From the IMG/VR virus record IMGVR_UViG_3300045988_033237: DNA of 39,249 bases. One strand, 5' to 3'. The position numbers and the translations under genes were made by a program. This document shows, one piece after another, positions 25,416-32,293 of this stretch. Under the pieces are notes generated by a model. That model saw nothing but the letters and a program-made list of their open reading frames with translations, had not been told where the DNA came from and did not search any database. Origin of the DNA: a virus. Every line of letters starts with the position of its first letter. The first letter of the stretch is position 1.

Positions 25416-27058
25416 TGAAAAAAGAATATCTGACAATTTTGACCAACATTATCGGCGGCGTGGAATCTGGCGGGCAGACATACGGAAAAAGAAAATATGG
25501 TGCGTATGCCGGAAAAGCAGCAAATGCAGACAATGAAAAAACGTGTACATTAGGCTGGGCGCAAAATTATGGGAATGAAGGCAGAAGATTGTGTCAGATG
25601 ATCCTGAAGGCAGATCCGAAAGCCTTCAGGACTGCTGACACAGCAGGAATCGAAAAGAAACTGTCAGTAGACTGGGAAGCTACAAGATGGAATCCGACAG
25701 CAAAAGAAAAGGCTGCATTGATTGCGATTATCACAACGGATGCAGGAAAAAAGTGTCAGGATGATTTATTCAAGGAACTGATGGAAAAATACATCGCTGA
25801 AGCTGAAGCATATGGAGTTGATAATATACAGGCACAGATGATGTGGTGCGAAATAGAACATCTTGGTGGTTTGAAACCAGTAAAACGAATTTTTGCGAGA
25901 GCGAAAAAGCCATATACACCTGATACAGTGTATGCATCGCTGATCTTGGATCAGAAGGATACAAGCAATGATAATCAGGTGGGGGATAAAAAGTTTGAAA
26001 GCAGACATCAGTGTTGCGTGCGGTGGATTAAACAGTATGTTGTGGACAATGTGGATAAATCAGGGGAAGAAGGTGTAAAAATGTATTCAAGACAAGCAGT
26101 TGTGGATCTGGTAGAAAGCTGGATCGGAAAAAATGAAGCGGATGGATCATATAAATCAATTATTGATATTTACAATAGTTTCACAGGTGCATTCCCACGC
26201 GGGACAAAAATGGCGTATGAATGGGAGTGGTGCGCTTGCACTTGGTCGGCACTTGCCGTTGCGTTAAAATATACGGCAATTATGCCGATTGAAATCAGCT
26301 GCTATTATCTGATTGAAAGAGCGAAGCAGATGGGCGTATGGGAAGAAAATGACGCACACGTTCCGAAGCTGGGCGAAGCGACGCTGTATGATTGGCAGGA
26401 TAACGGTGTGGGCGACAATACCGGAACACCGCGTCATGTTGGAACGGTTACATACGTTAATCAAGCAGCAGGATATTTTGTCGTTACCGAAGGCAATTAC
26501 AGCGACAGCGTGAAGAAAAGAACTGTATCACTGAATGGAAGATATATTCGAGGATTTATCACACCAAAATATGACAGTGATCAGGCGGAAAGCAAGCCAG
26601 TAAATACGCCGGGAAAGAGCGTGTCAACCGTAGCGCATGAAGTAATTGCGGGACAGTGGGGGAACGGAGAAGCAAGAAGAAAAGCACTTTCGGCAAGCGG
26701 TTATGATCCGGATACTATTCAGAAAGAAGTAAACAGAATTCTGAATGGATCAGCGGCAACAACTGCGAAGCCACAGCCAGCAGATCAGACCATCAGCAAA
26801 ACAGTCAAGTCAACATGCTATGCGAGAGAGTACGACAAGAAACTGGCGGGATCCTACGTCACAACAGCTGATCTGTATTGCAGAAACGACGCTGGAAAGA
26901 ACAAAAAGGCTTTGTGCTGCATTCCGAAAGGAACCACAGTGCATAATTACGGCTATTATAATACATCGAATGGAACGAAATGGTTATACATTACTGTGAC
27001 GCTTGATGGAGTGGAGTATATCGGATTCAGTTCAATCAGTTACCTGAAAGCAAAATAG
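25415..27058 (+). CDS. Multidomain endolysin: unknown N-domain + CHAP + Cpl-7 (CW_7) + SH3b
   Basis: CHAP: WCACTWSA...RHVGTV...TEGNYSD; CW_7: VIAGQWGNGEARRKALSASGYDPDTIQKEVNRIL; C-terminal SH3b-like WLYITV...GFSSISYL. Confidence 0.85.
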   Translation: MKKEYLTILTNIIGGVESGGQTYGKRKYGAYAGKAANADNEKTCTLGWAQNYGNEGRRLCQMILKADPKAFRTADTAGIEKKLSVDWEATRWNPTAKEKAALIAIITTDAGKKCQDDLFKELMEKYIAEAEAYGVDNIQAQMMWCEIEHLGGLKPVKRIFARAKKPYTPDTVYASLILDQKDTSNDNQVGDKKFESRHQCCVRWIKQYVVDNVDKSGEEGVKMYSRQAVVDLVESWIGKNEADGSYKSIIDIYNSFTGAFPRGTKMAYEWEWCACTWSALAVALKYTAIMPIEISCYYLIERAKQMGVWEENDAHVPKLGEATLYDWQDNGVGDNTGTPRHVGTVTYVNQAAGYFVVTEGNYSDSVKKRTVSLNGRYIRGFITPKYDSDQAESKPVNTPGKSVSTVAHEVIAGQWGNGEARRKALSASGYDPDTIQKEVNRILNGSAATTAKPQPADQTISKTVKSTCYAREYDKKLAGSYVTTADLYCRNDAGKNKKALCCIPKGTTVHNYGYYNTSNGTKWLYITVTLDGVEYIGFSSISYLKAK

Positions 27059-27073
27059 GAAGGAGGGAAACAG

Positions 27074-27829
27074 ATGTTTTATGTTGGAAACACTTTCGAT
27101 AAAAAAGTAAATAAGGGATACAAAACAATCAAGAACGCAAAAAAGGAAGCAGAAAAGAATGGCTTGTCAGTATGGGATGAAGAAGGTGTAAAGCTGTATC
27201 CGTTGAAAGTTGAAGCGACAGATGACGTTCCTGATGATGCGGCACTGGAAGAAAAACCGGATGGATCTGTGAATGCATATGATGAAAACGGGGAAAAAGT
27301 TGGCGAAGTTCCGGCTGAAGAAGTGAAAGAAATAATGGATGAAATCACAGCAGAAGACATTGAAGCAGCGGCGGCAGCAGCAAGAAGCGAAGAAGAAGTA
27401 CAAGGTGTAAAGCTGTATCCGTTGAAAGTTGAAGTGACAGATGACGTTCCTGATGATGCGGCAATGGAAGAAAAACCGGATGGATCTGTGAATGCATATG
27501 ATGAAAACGGGGAAAAAGCTGGCGAAGTTCCGGCTGAAGAAGTGAAAGAAATAATGGATGAAATCACAGTAGAAGACGTTGAAGCAGCGGCGGCAGCAGC
27601 AAGAAGCGAAGAAGAAGTACATGGAACGATCCGCAGAGTGTTTGATGGAAGGCTTCGCCTTCGCAGAAGACCTTCGTTTGAAGACGATGCAATTTGTGGC
27701 GTGACGATGTTTGATGAAAAGAATGTCGAGAAGAAAGCAAAGATCGGTGACAGGGTACTTTACAAGACGACAGACGGGTACTGGATTTCAGGAGATCCAG
27801 TACACACAGAATTTATTCCGGAGGAATAA
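27074..27829 (+). CDS. Hypothetical acidic repeat protein with SH3-like C-terminus
   Basis: RBS ggaaggaggg; two 73-aa repeats; C-terminal GDRVLYKTTDGYWISGDPV. Confidence 0.6.
   Translation: MFYVGNTFDKKVNKGYKTIKNAKKEAEKNGLSVWDEEGVKLYPLKVEATDDVPDDAALEEKPDGSVNAYDENGEKVGEVPAEEVKEIMDEITAEDIEAAAAAARSEEEVQGVKLYPLKVEVTDDVPDDAAMEEKPDGSVNAYDENGEKAGEVPAEEVKEIMDEITVEDVEAAAAAARSEEEVHGTIRRVFDGRLRLRRRPSFEDDAICGVTMFDEKNVEKKAKIGDRVLYKTTDGYWISGDPVHTEFIPEE
27185..27622 (+). repeat. 2 x 219-bp tandem in-frame repeats (73 aa each)
   Basis: ggtgtaaagctgtatccgttgaaagttgaag... restarts at 27185 and 27404; only a handful of mismatches. Confidence 0.95.
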
Positions 27830-27831
27830 CG

Positions 27832-27990
27832 ATGGTTCCGGTATCGTACATCGTCACAGCGATCGTGTCTGCGGCGTTTGGATCTGTGACAACTATTTTT
27901 ATGTTATCAATAACAGCGGCAGCAAAGAAAGCAGACGAAGAGGAAGACAAGCTGTTTTATGAGTATCTAAAAGGTAAGAAAATGAAATAA
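27832..27990 (+). CDS. Small single-pass membrane protein (52 aa, below the ORF-track cutoff)
   Basis: ATG 27832 after ggaggaataacg; translated by hand MVPVSYIVTAIVSAAFGSVTTIFMLSITAAAKKADEEEDKLFYEYLKGKKMK. Confidence 0.45.
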   Translation: MVPVSYIVTAIVSAAFGSVTTIFMLSITAAAKKADEEEDKLFYEYLKGKKMK

Positions 27991-27996
27991 TGAAAA

Positions 27997-28027
27997 GGCA
28001 GCGATCAAAGAACGGTCGCTGCCTTTT
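27997..28027. terminator. Bidirectional rho-independent terminator
   Basis: ggcagcga (27997-28004) pairs with tcgctgcc (28016-28023); aaaa upstream and tttt downstream; sits between convergent genes. Confidence 0.7.
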
Positions 28028-28109
28028 GTGCAATATCACGAAAACAGATCAAATACATGATACTGATCGGGATCTATGCGATGACAATATGTACAAAAAA
28101 AGAAGAAAA

Positions 28110-28433
28110 TTATTTTTCTGCGATCTGTTTCAACAGGCGGATAATTTCTTCATTCTGACGCATAAGAATGAAATTCTGTTCAACCTGTGCGCGTGACATT
28201 TCAAGTGCGAAAGTTTCATTTGAATTTCCGCTTAAAAGACTTCCGAAAGAATACATTTTTGAACCTGCAAGACTGGATGCGATTTCTTTAAGGGATGCGA
28301 CATTCTTTTCTTTGATGTCGTCCGAAGTGTAACTGTCGAAATCAACACCGAATTTTTCCATAGCCGCCTTGTCTTTTGCTTCCTGCTCCGCCTGTTTCTT
28401 GGCGATTTTGTCATCTGCTTTTTTACCAAACAT
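28110..28433 (-). CDS. Hypothetical 107-aa protein, the only reverse-strand gene
   Basis: Internal ATG (28433) preceded by aaaggggg RBS on the minus strand; MFGKKADDKIAKKQAEQEAKDK...EQNFILMRQNEEIIRLLKQIAEK; longer tracked ORF lacks an RBS. Confidence 0.6.
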   Translation of the reverse strand: MFGKKADDKIAKKQAEQEAKDKAAMEKFGVDFDSYTSDDIKEKNVASLKEIASSLAGSKMYSFGSLLSGNSNETFALEMSRAQVEQNFILMRQNEEIIRLLKQIAEK

Positions 28434-28489
28434 AGGAAAAGCCCCCTTTGTTATATAATAATATTTGATCAGTTTTCCGTAATTCTGAT

Positions 28490-28552
28490 CATTAACACAA
28501 ATATAGGTGAAAAAAGTGCTAATGTCAAGAATGATGCTGAACATTAACACAA
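28490..28552. promoter_or_regulatory. Two exact 11-bp direct repeats cattaacacaa in the divergent control region (candidate operators)
   Basis: Copies at 28490..28500 and 28542..28552 between divergent CDSs 28433(-) and 28570(+). Confidence 0.35.
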
Positions 28553-28569
28553 GGGATTGAGAATGAAGG

Positions 28570-28827
28570 ATGAAGATATACACCTATAAAGGCAAAAAGA
28601 ATCTATGCGGTGACAGGATTCGGATTGAACGATTGAAAAAGCGAATGACGCAGATGGAACTGGCTGCGAAAATTCAGTTGCAAGGGATAACACTGGAACG
28701 CGACAGTATAAGTAGAATTGAAATAGGGACAAGGTTTGTGACCGATTACGAATTGAAGCTATTTGCAAAGGTTCTGAATGTGACGGTTGATGATCTGCTG
28801 GAAGAAGATGACACTATGGAATCATAG
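28570..28827 (+). CDS. XRE-family HTH transcriptional regulator (Cro/CI-type)
   Basis: GDRIRIERLKKRMTQMELAAKIQLQGITLERDSISRIEIGTR classic HTH_XRE. Confidence 0.85.
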   Translation: MKIYTYKGKKNLCGDRIRIERLKKRMTQMELAAKIQLQGITLERDSISRIEIGTRFVTDYELKLFAKVLNVTVDDLLEEDDTMES

Positions 28828-28850
28828 TGTTTTTTCTTTGCAAAAAAGTA

Positions 28851-28899
28851 GCTCAATGAGTAAAAAAAGATTGACATATAGGCTCAATGGGTATATAAT
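28851..28899 (+). promoter_or_regulatory. Consensus sigma-A-type promoter TTGACA-17-TATAAT with two gctcaatg(a/g)g repeats
   Basis: -35 at 28871..28876, 17-nt spacer, -10 at 28894..28899; repeats at 28851..28860 and 28882..28891, 31 bp apart; core CTCAaTGAG is a dyad. Confidence 0.6.
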
Positions 28900-28937
28900 A
28901 TAATTGTAACAAGGGAACAGCAGGAAAGGAGAAAACA

Positions 28938-29069
28938 ATGGAGAACGAAGAAATGAGCAAAGCCGATTTAATAGCGATGTTGGTATCAATTAGAGAAGTA
29001 GCAAGGACAAACGGAGAAATACATACCGTGGAACATATTGATAAAATACTTGAAGAAATAAGAAAATAA
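28938..29069 (+). CDS. Small hypothetical protein (43 aa, below the ORF-track cutoff)
   Basis: ATG after aggaaaggagaaaaca, 39 nt downstream of the consensus promoter; hand translation MENEEMSKADLIAMLVSIREVARTNGEIHTVEHIDKILEEIRK. Confidence 0.4.
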   Translation: MENEEMSKADLIAMLVSIREVARTNGEIHTVEHIDKILEEIRK

Positions 29070-29090
29070 AATAGAATAAGGGATCACACA

Positions 29091-29153
29091 GGGGGCGGAT
29101 ACCTAAACATTCCTGCTAACCGCCCCAAGTGCTTAATTAGATTATAGCAGGAA
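29091..29153 (+). promoter_or_regulatory. Candidate H-type RNA pseudoknot in intergenic spacer
   Basis: S1 ggggcgg (29092-98) pairs with ccgcccc (29120-26); S2 ttcctgct (29110-17, inside the S1 loop) pairs with agcaggaa (29146-53). Confidence 0.3.
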
Positions 29154-29181
29154 AAAAATAAAAGACAAGAGGTGCAAAAAA

Positions 29182-29460
29182 ATGAAAGCTGTAAAAGGAT
29201 ACACAAAGCATGATTATACCATGATATGCAAAGAAGAAGGCGGGGAAGTTTTTAGTTTTGCATCAATAGATGAAGCTGCTGGTTATTTTTCAATGTTCGG
29301 GCATGAGGTGCCGACCAATGTTGCACTTGATGGAATTTTAAATGATACTAATTGTGACTGGATAGTATTTGACGATGGAAGCGTTATCTTCAAATATTAC
29401 GGAAGCGGTTATGACGGAAACATTATCAATGAAATGATTGAAAAAGGATGCAGAATATAA
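29182..29460 (+). CDS. Hypothetical small acidic protein (92 aa)
   Basis: RBS agaggtg; no recognisable motif. Confidence 0.55.
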   Translation: MKAVKGYTKHDYTMICKEEGGEVFSFASIDEAAGYFSMFGHEVPTNVALDGILNDTNCDWIVFDDGSVIFKYYGSGYDGNIINEMIEKGCRI

Positions 29461-29473
29461 GGAAGCGGATAGA

Positions 29474-29638
29474 ATGAAAATAGAAGAAGCACGCAAACAG
29501 AAAAATATGAGCAGAAAAGAATTGTCAGAGTGGCTAGAAATTCCATATAGAACGCTGACAAACTGGGAAAATGGGGAAAGAAGTTGCCCTGACTATATTG
29601 AAAAACTAATTGTCGAAAAAATATTAAGGGATAAATAA
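29474..29638 (+). CDS. Small HTH (XRE-like) protein, 54 aa
   Basis: ATG 29474; MSRKELSEWLEIPYRTLTNWENGERSCPDY HTH pattern. Confidence 0.7.
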   Translation: MKIEEARKQKNMSRKELSEWLEIPYRTLTNWENGERSCPDYIEKLIVEKILRDK

Positions 29639-29659
29639 GGCTGTATAAATTACAAGGAA

Positions 29660-29696
29660 CCGCAGACGATCATGATCATCGCCTGCGGCTTCTTTT
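29660..29696 (+). terminator. Rho-independent terminator
   Basis: ccgcagacgat pairs with atcgcctgcgg (11 bp, one mismatch), loop catgatc, then cttctttt. Confidence 0.65.
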
Positions 29697-30780
29697 ATAG
29701 AAGGAGAAAGCGGAGATGGAAAGAACGTTCAAACATTTGACAAAAGCAGACCGGATCAGAATTGAAGCATTGATAAAAGCGGGAGTAAAAATCAAAGAGA
29801 TCGCGGACATGCTACATGTGCATAGAAGCACGATATACAGAGAGTTAAAAAGAGGACGTTTTACTGCGCTTAATTCAGATCTGACAACGGAAGAAAGATA
29901 CAGCCCTGATATTGCACATGATAAATATGAAGAAAATCTGAAAAGTAAAGGGGGCAGTCTGAAGATCGGGAATGACATCAAACTGGCAAATTATATTGAA
30001 GAAAAGATCGTGAAAGAAGATTACAGTCCGGCGGCGGTACTGGGGGAAATTAAGGCACAACAAAAAGAAAGCGAATTCAGCGTGATGATCTGCACAACAA
30101 CACTGTACAGTTATATTGATAAAGGGATCTTTCTACATCTGACAAATAAAAATCTTCCGGTTAAAAAGAATAAGAAACGCACATACAAAAAGGTCAAGAA
30201 AACGCAGGCAAGAGCGTCAGCGGGTGAAAGTATAGAAAAAAGACCGGAAGAAATTGAAACACGCGAAGAGTTTGGACACTGGGAGATGGACACGGTAAAA
30301 GGAAAGCGCGGGAAATCAAAGAACAGTCTTCTTGTGTTGACTGAAAGAAAAACACGCGATGAAATTGTGATGAAGTTGCCAGAGCATACGGCGGCAGCAG
30401 TTGTCAACGCGCTGGATGTGATCGAAAGAAAGTGGGGCGATATGTTCAAACAAGTATTTAAAACGATTACGATGGATAACGGAAGTGAATTTGCAGACTG
30501 TGAAGGAATTGAACGGTCAGCACTGGGAGCAGGCAGCAGGACAAAGACATATTATTGTCATCCGTACAGCAGCTATGAAAGAGGAAGCAACGAAGTGACA
30601 AATAAAATGATCAGAAGACATATTCCAAAAGGAACAAACTTCGATGAAAAAACGGATGAAGAAATATCTGCGATTGAAAGCTGGGTGAATAATTATCCGC
30701 GTAAGATCCACGGCTATCATTCAGCGGGCGAACTGTTTGAAGAGGAGATCCGGAAAATCAGTTGAAAAAAGTTAAAAAAG
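29697..30780 (+). mobile_element. Putative IS30-family element (boundaries not resolved)
   Basis: Extent guessed from the flanking terminator (29696) and promoter/operator (30781); I could not find convincing terminal inverted repeats. Confidence 0.3.
29716..30765 (+). CDS. IS30-family DDE transposase
   Basis: N-terminal HTH (IKEIADMLHVHRSTIYRELKRG), catalytic HWEMDTV ... TMDNGSEF ... YERGSNE spacing typical of IS30. Confidence 0.9.
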   Translation: MERTFKHLTKADRIRIEALIKAGVKIKEIADMLHVHRSTIYRELKRGRFTALNSDLTTEERYSPDIAHDKYEENLKSKGGSLKIGNDIKLANYIEEKIVKEDYSPAAVLGEIKAQQKESEFSVMICTTTLYSYIDKGIFLHLTNKNLPVKKNKKRTYKKVKKTQARASAGESIEKRPEEIETREEFGHWEMDTVKGKRGKSKNSLLVLTERKTRDEIVMKLPEHTAAAVVNALDVIERKWGDMFKQVFKTITMDNGSEFADCEGIERSALGAGSRTKTYYCHPYSSYERGSNEVTNKMIRRHIPKGTNFDEKTDEEISAIESWVNNYPRKIHGYHSAGELFEEEIRKIS

Positions 30781-30834
30781 TGTCGCATTTAATATTGACA
30801 TTTTTAACTATAAGTTTTAAAATTAAATGCGACA
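30781..30834 (+). promoter_or_regulatory. Promoter TTGACA-17-TAAAAT bracketed by 13-bp perfect inverted repeat
   Basis: tgtcgcatttaat (30781-93) and attaaatgcgaca (30822-34); -35 at 30795-30800, -10 at 30818-30823. Confidence 0.55.
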
Positions 30835-30884
30835 AGAGGTATTAAACCTCTGCCGCATTTATTTTTTTACACAAAAAGCAGAAT

Positions 30885-30919
30885 GCGGTAGAGCTTAAAA
30901 ACTCTTACCGCATTTTTTA
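30885..30919 (+). terminator. Leader terminator/attenuator hairpin
   Basis: gcggtagag pairs with ctcttaccgc (one bulge), followed by atttttta; an upstream near-copy of the 3' arm (ctctgccgcatt, 30848-59) can pair alternatively. Confidence 0.55.
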
Positions 30920-30945
30920 TTTACAAAGGAAAGGAGAATGAGAAC

Positions 30946-31146
30946 GTGGCAAGGAAATATAAAAGATTGAATTATGAAGACCGAAAAGCCATTGAAGCGA
31001 TGTGCAAACAGGGAAAGCGTGCAGAAGAGATAGCGGAAGCAATGGACGTTCACAGAGCCACCATCTACCACGAACTGAAAAGGGGTGGCGCAGAAAATGG
31101 AAACCGAAAGCAGTACAGCGCAGACATGGCACAGAAGGCAATATAA
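30946..31146 (+). CDS. Stand-alone IS30-type HTH (HTH_38-like) protein, 66 aa
   Basis: GTG after aaggaaaggag; YEDRKAIEAMCKQGKRAEEIAEAMDVHRATIYHELKRG parallels the transposase N-terminus. Confidence 0.7.
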   Translation: MARKYKRLNYEDRKAIEAMCKQGKRAEEIAEAMDVHRATIYHELKRGGAENGNRKQYSADMAQKAI

Positions 31147-31195
31147 TTTGTTCCCCGAAAAGGATCGGGGAAGTACATATGAAAGGCGGAAGAAT

Positions 31196-31516
31196 ATGAA
31201 GCTGAATATTAAAAAATTTATGATGACAGAAATGGGCGGAGAACTGGAAGAAACGATTAAGGCGTGGGATCAGGCACTGGAAGAAAGAAGAAAAGCGACG
31301 CCGGGAATTGGCGATCCGGATCAGGGACTGGGCTTCGGATACTGGGATCGTACCTGTAAAAGCTGTCAGGATAGATGGGAAGTTTTCAAGTTAGCAATCA
31401 GACAGTTTTATGGAATTGAATTCAACTTTACACGGACAGATGAATACTTCGGAATTTGCAACGATGATGAAACTATCTGGCTGATGAAAGAGAACAGAGA
31501 GGAGGAACGACAGTGA
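31196..31516 (+). CDS. Hypothetical protein (106 aa)
   Basis: ATG 31196 after aaaggcggaag; the upstream part of the tracked ORF overlaps the previous gene. Confidence 0.5.
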   Translation: MKLNIKKFMMTEMGGELEETIKAWDQALEERRKATPGIGDPDQGLGFGYWDRTCKSCQDRWEVFKLAIRQFYGIEFNFTRTDEYFGICNDDETIWLMKENREEERQ

Positions 31517-31716
31517 CAAAGAAAAGATCGACTGACATCCGGACATGTCCCGTGTGCGGACATCAGGTGCAACGAAGTGACATGCAGTTCACACGGGACT
31601 GCAACGGGATCCCGTTCAGACTGGTTTGCTGGGACTGCTACGATCAGCTAATGGCGAAAGGCTATGACGGGGAATATTACACGGAAGCAGATGAAAATAT
31701 TGATTATGACTATTAA
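31513..31716 (+). CDS. Hypothetical Cys-rich (zinc-ribbon-like) protein
   Basis: GTG start overlapping upstream stop; CPVCGH ... CWDC. Confidence 0.5.
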   Translation: MTKKRSTDIRTCPVCGHQVQRSDMQFTRDCNGIPFRLVCWDCYDQLMAKGYDGEYYTEADENIDYDY

Positions 31717-31725
31717 GCAAAGGAC

Positions 31726-32061
31726 ATGAAAATGGCAATCGAAAGAACAGTAGAAACGGACGTATATTGCGATGTATGCGGTGAGTGGATCATGGGCTGG
31801 AAATCTAATGATACAGGAGTTAGCAGAGCATGGGCGGCAGAATACACGAGGAGAAGAGGGGGAACGGTTGGAAAGAAAATCGTTTGCAAGAAGTGCAGGA
31901 TAAAAGAACGGATCCGGACATGTAGTTTGCAACGCAAGATCGGGAATGCAGGAAGGGATAGTGACGGGACATGTATGGGATTTGCAAGCGTGGTATCGGA
32001 CGAACCGATGGAAAGATGCAAAAGATGCATAGCCTGCACATCTTATCAATGGGAAGAATAG
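31726..32061 (+). CDS. Hypothetical Cys-rich protein
   Basis: CDVCGE ... CKKC ... CKRCIAC. Confidence 0.5.
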   Translation: MKMAIERTVETDVYCDVCGEWIMGWKSNDTGVSRAWAAEYTRRRGGTVGKKIVCKKCRIKERIRTCSLQRKIGNAGRDSDGTCMGFASVVSDEPMERCKRCIACTSYQWEE

Positions 32062-32076
32062 TTCAGAGGATAGAAG

Positions 32077-32103
32077 CCGAAACGGGGCGCAAGCCCCGTC
32101 CGG
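32077..32103 (+). promoter_or_regulatory. GC-rich hairpin with GCAA tetraloop
   Basis: acggggc-gcaa-gccccgt (32082..32099) extended by ccg/cgg; 16 nt after the upstream stop; no U-tract. Confidence 0.5.
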
Positions 32104-32105
32104 TC

Positions 32106-32145
32106 ACGATGGCAACGTGATCGCTGACGATGGCAAGCTGATAGC
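32106..32145. repeat. Two 19-bp direct repeats, 21-bp period (acgatggcaacgtgatcgc / acgatggcaagctgatagc)
   Basis: Read directly; 16 of 19 identical; a degenerate third copy starts about 32149. Confidence 0.6.
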
Positions 32146-32293
32146 CGTCCGATGAACACTGTGGAAAAATAGCGGCGGGCATAGACTGCCAGAATTCTAT
32201 GCGGATGTTCAACAGGTTTTCAGATGCTTTTTAATGCGAAAAGCAACAACGCAGCGTCAGATGTTGCCGGAAGGGGTGTGGTGATATATATGA

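Noticed and set aside
14890-27622. Tandem repeats at 14890..15294, 20383..20508 and 27185..27622, considered as CRISPR-like arrays
   Set aside because: All are contiguous, with no unique spacers. They are in-frame inside long ORFs and encode sensible peptide repeats. No CRISPR array is present in the window.
27079-27622. Minus-strand ORFs 27079..27567 and 27167..27622
   Set aside because: They are antisense to the duplicated 219-bp module. Their internal repetition simply mirrors the + strand repeat, and they have no RBS.
29639-30945. Terminal inverted repeats and target-site duplication for the IS30-family element
   Set aside because: Comparison by eye of the left flank with the reverse complement of the right flank gave only low-complexity T/A-rich matches (for example cttctttta versus cttttttaa). 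That is not enough to define the ends.
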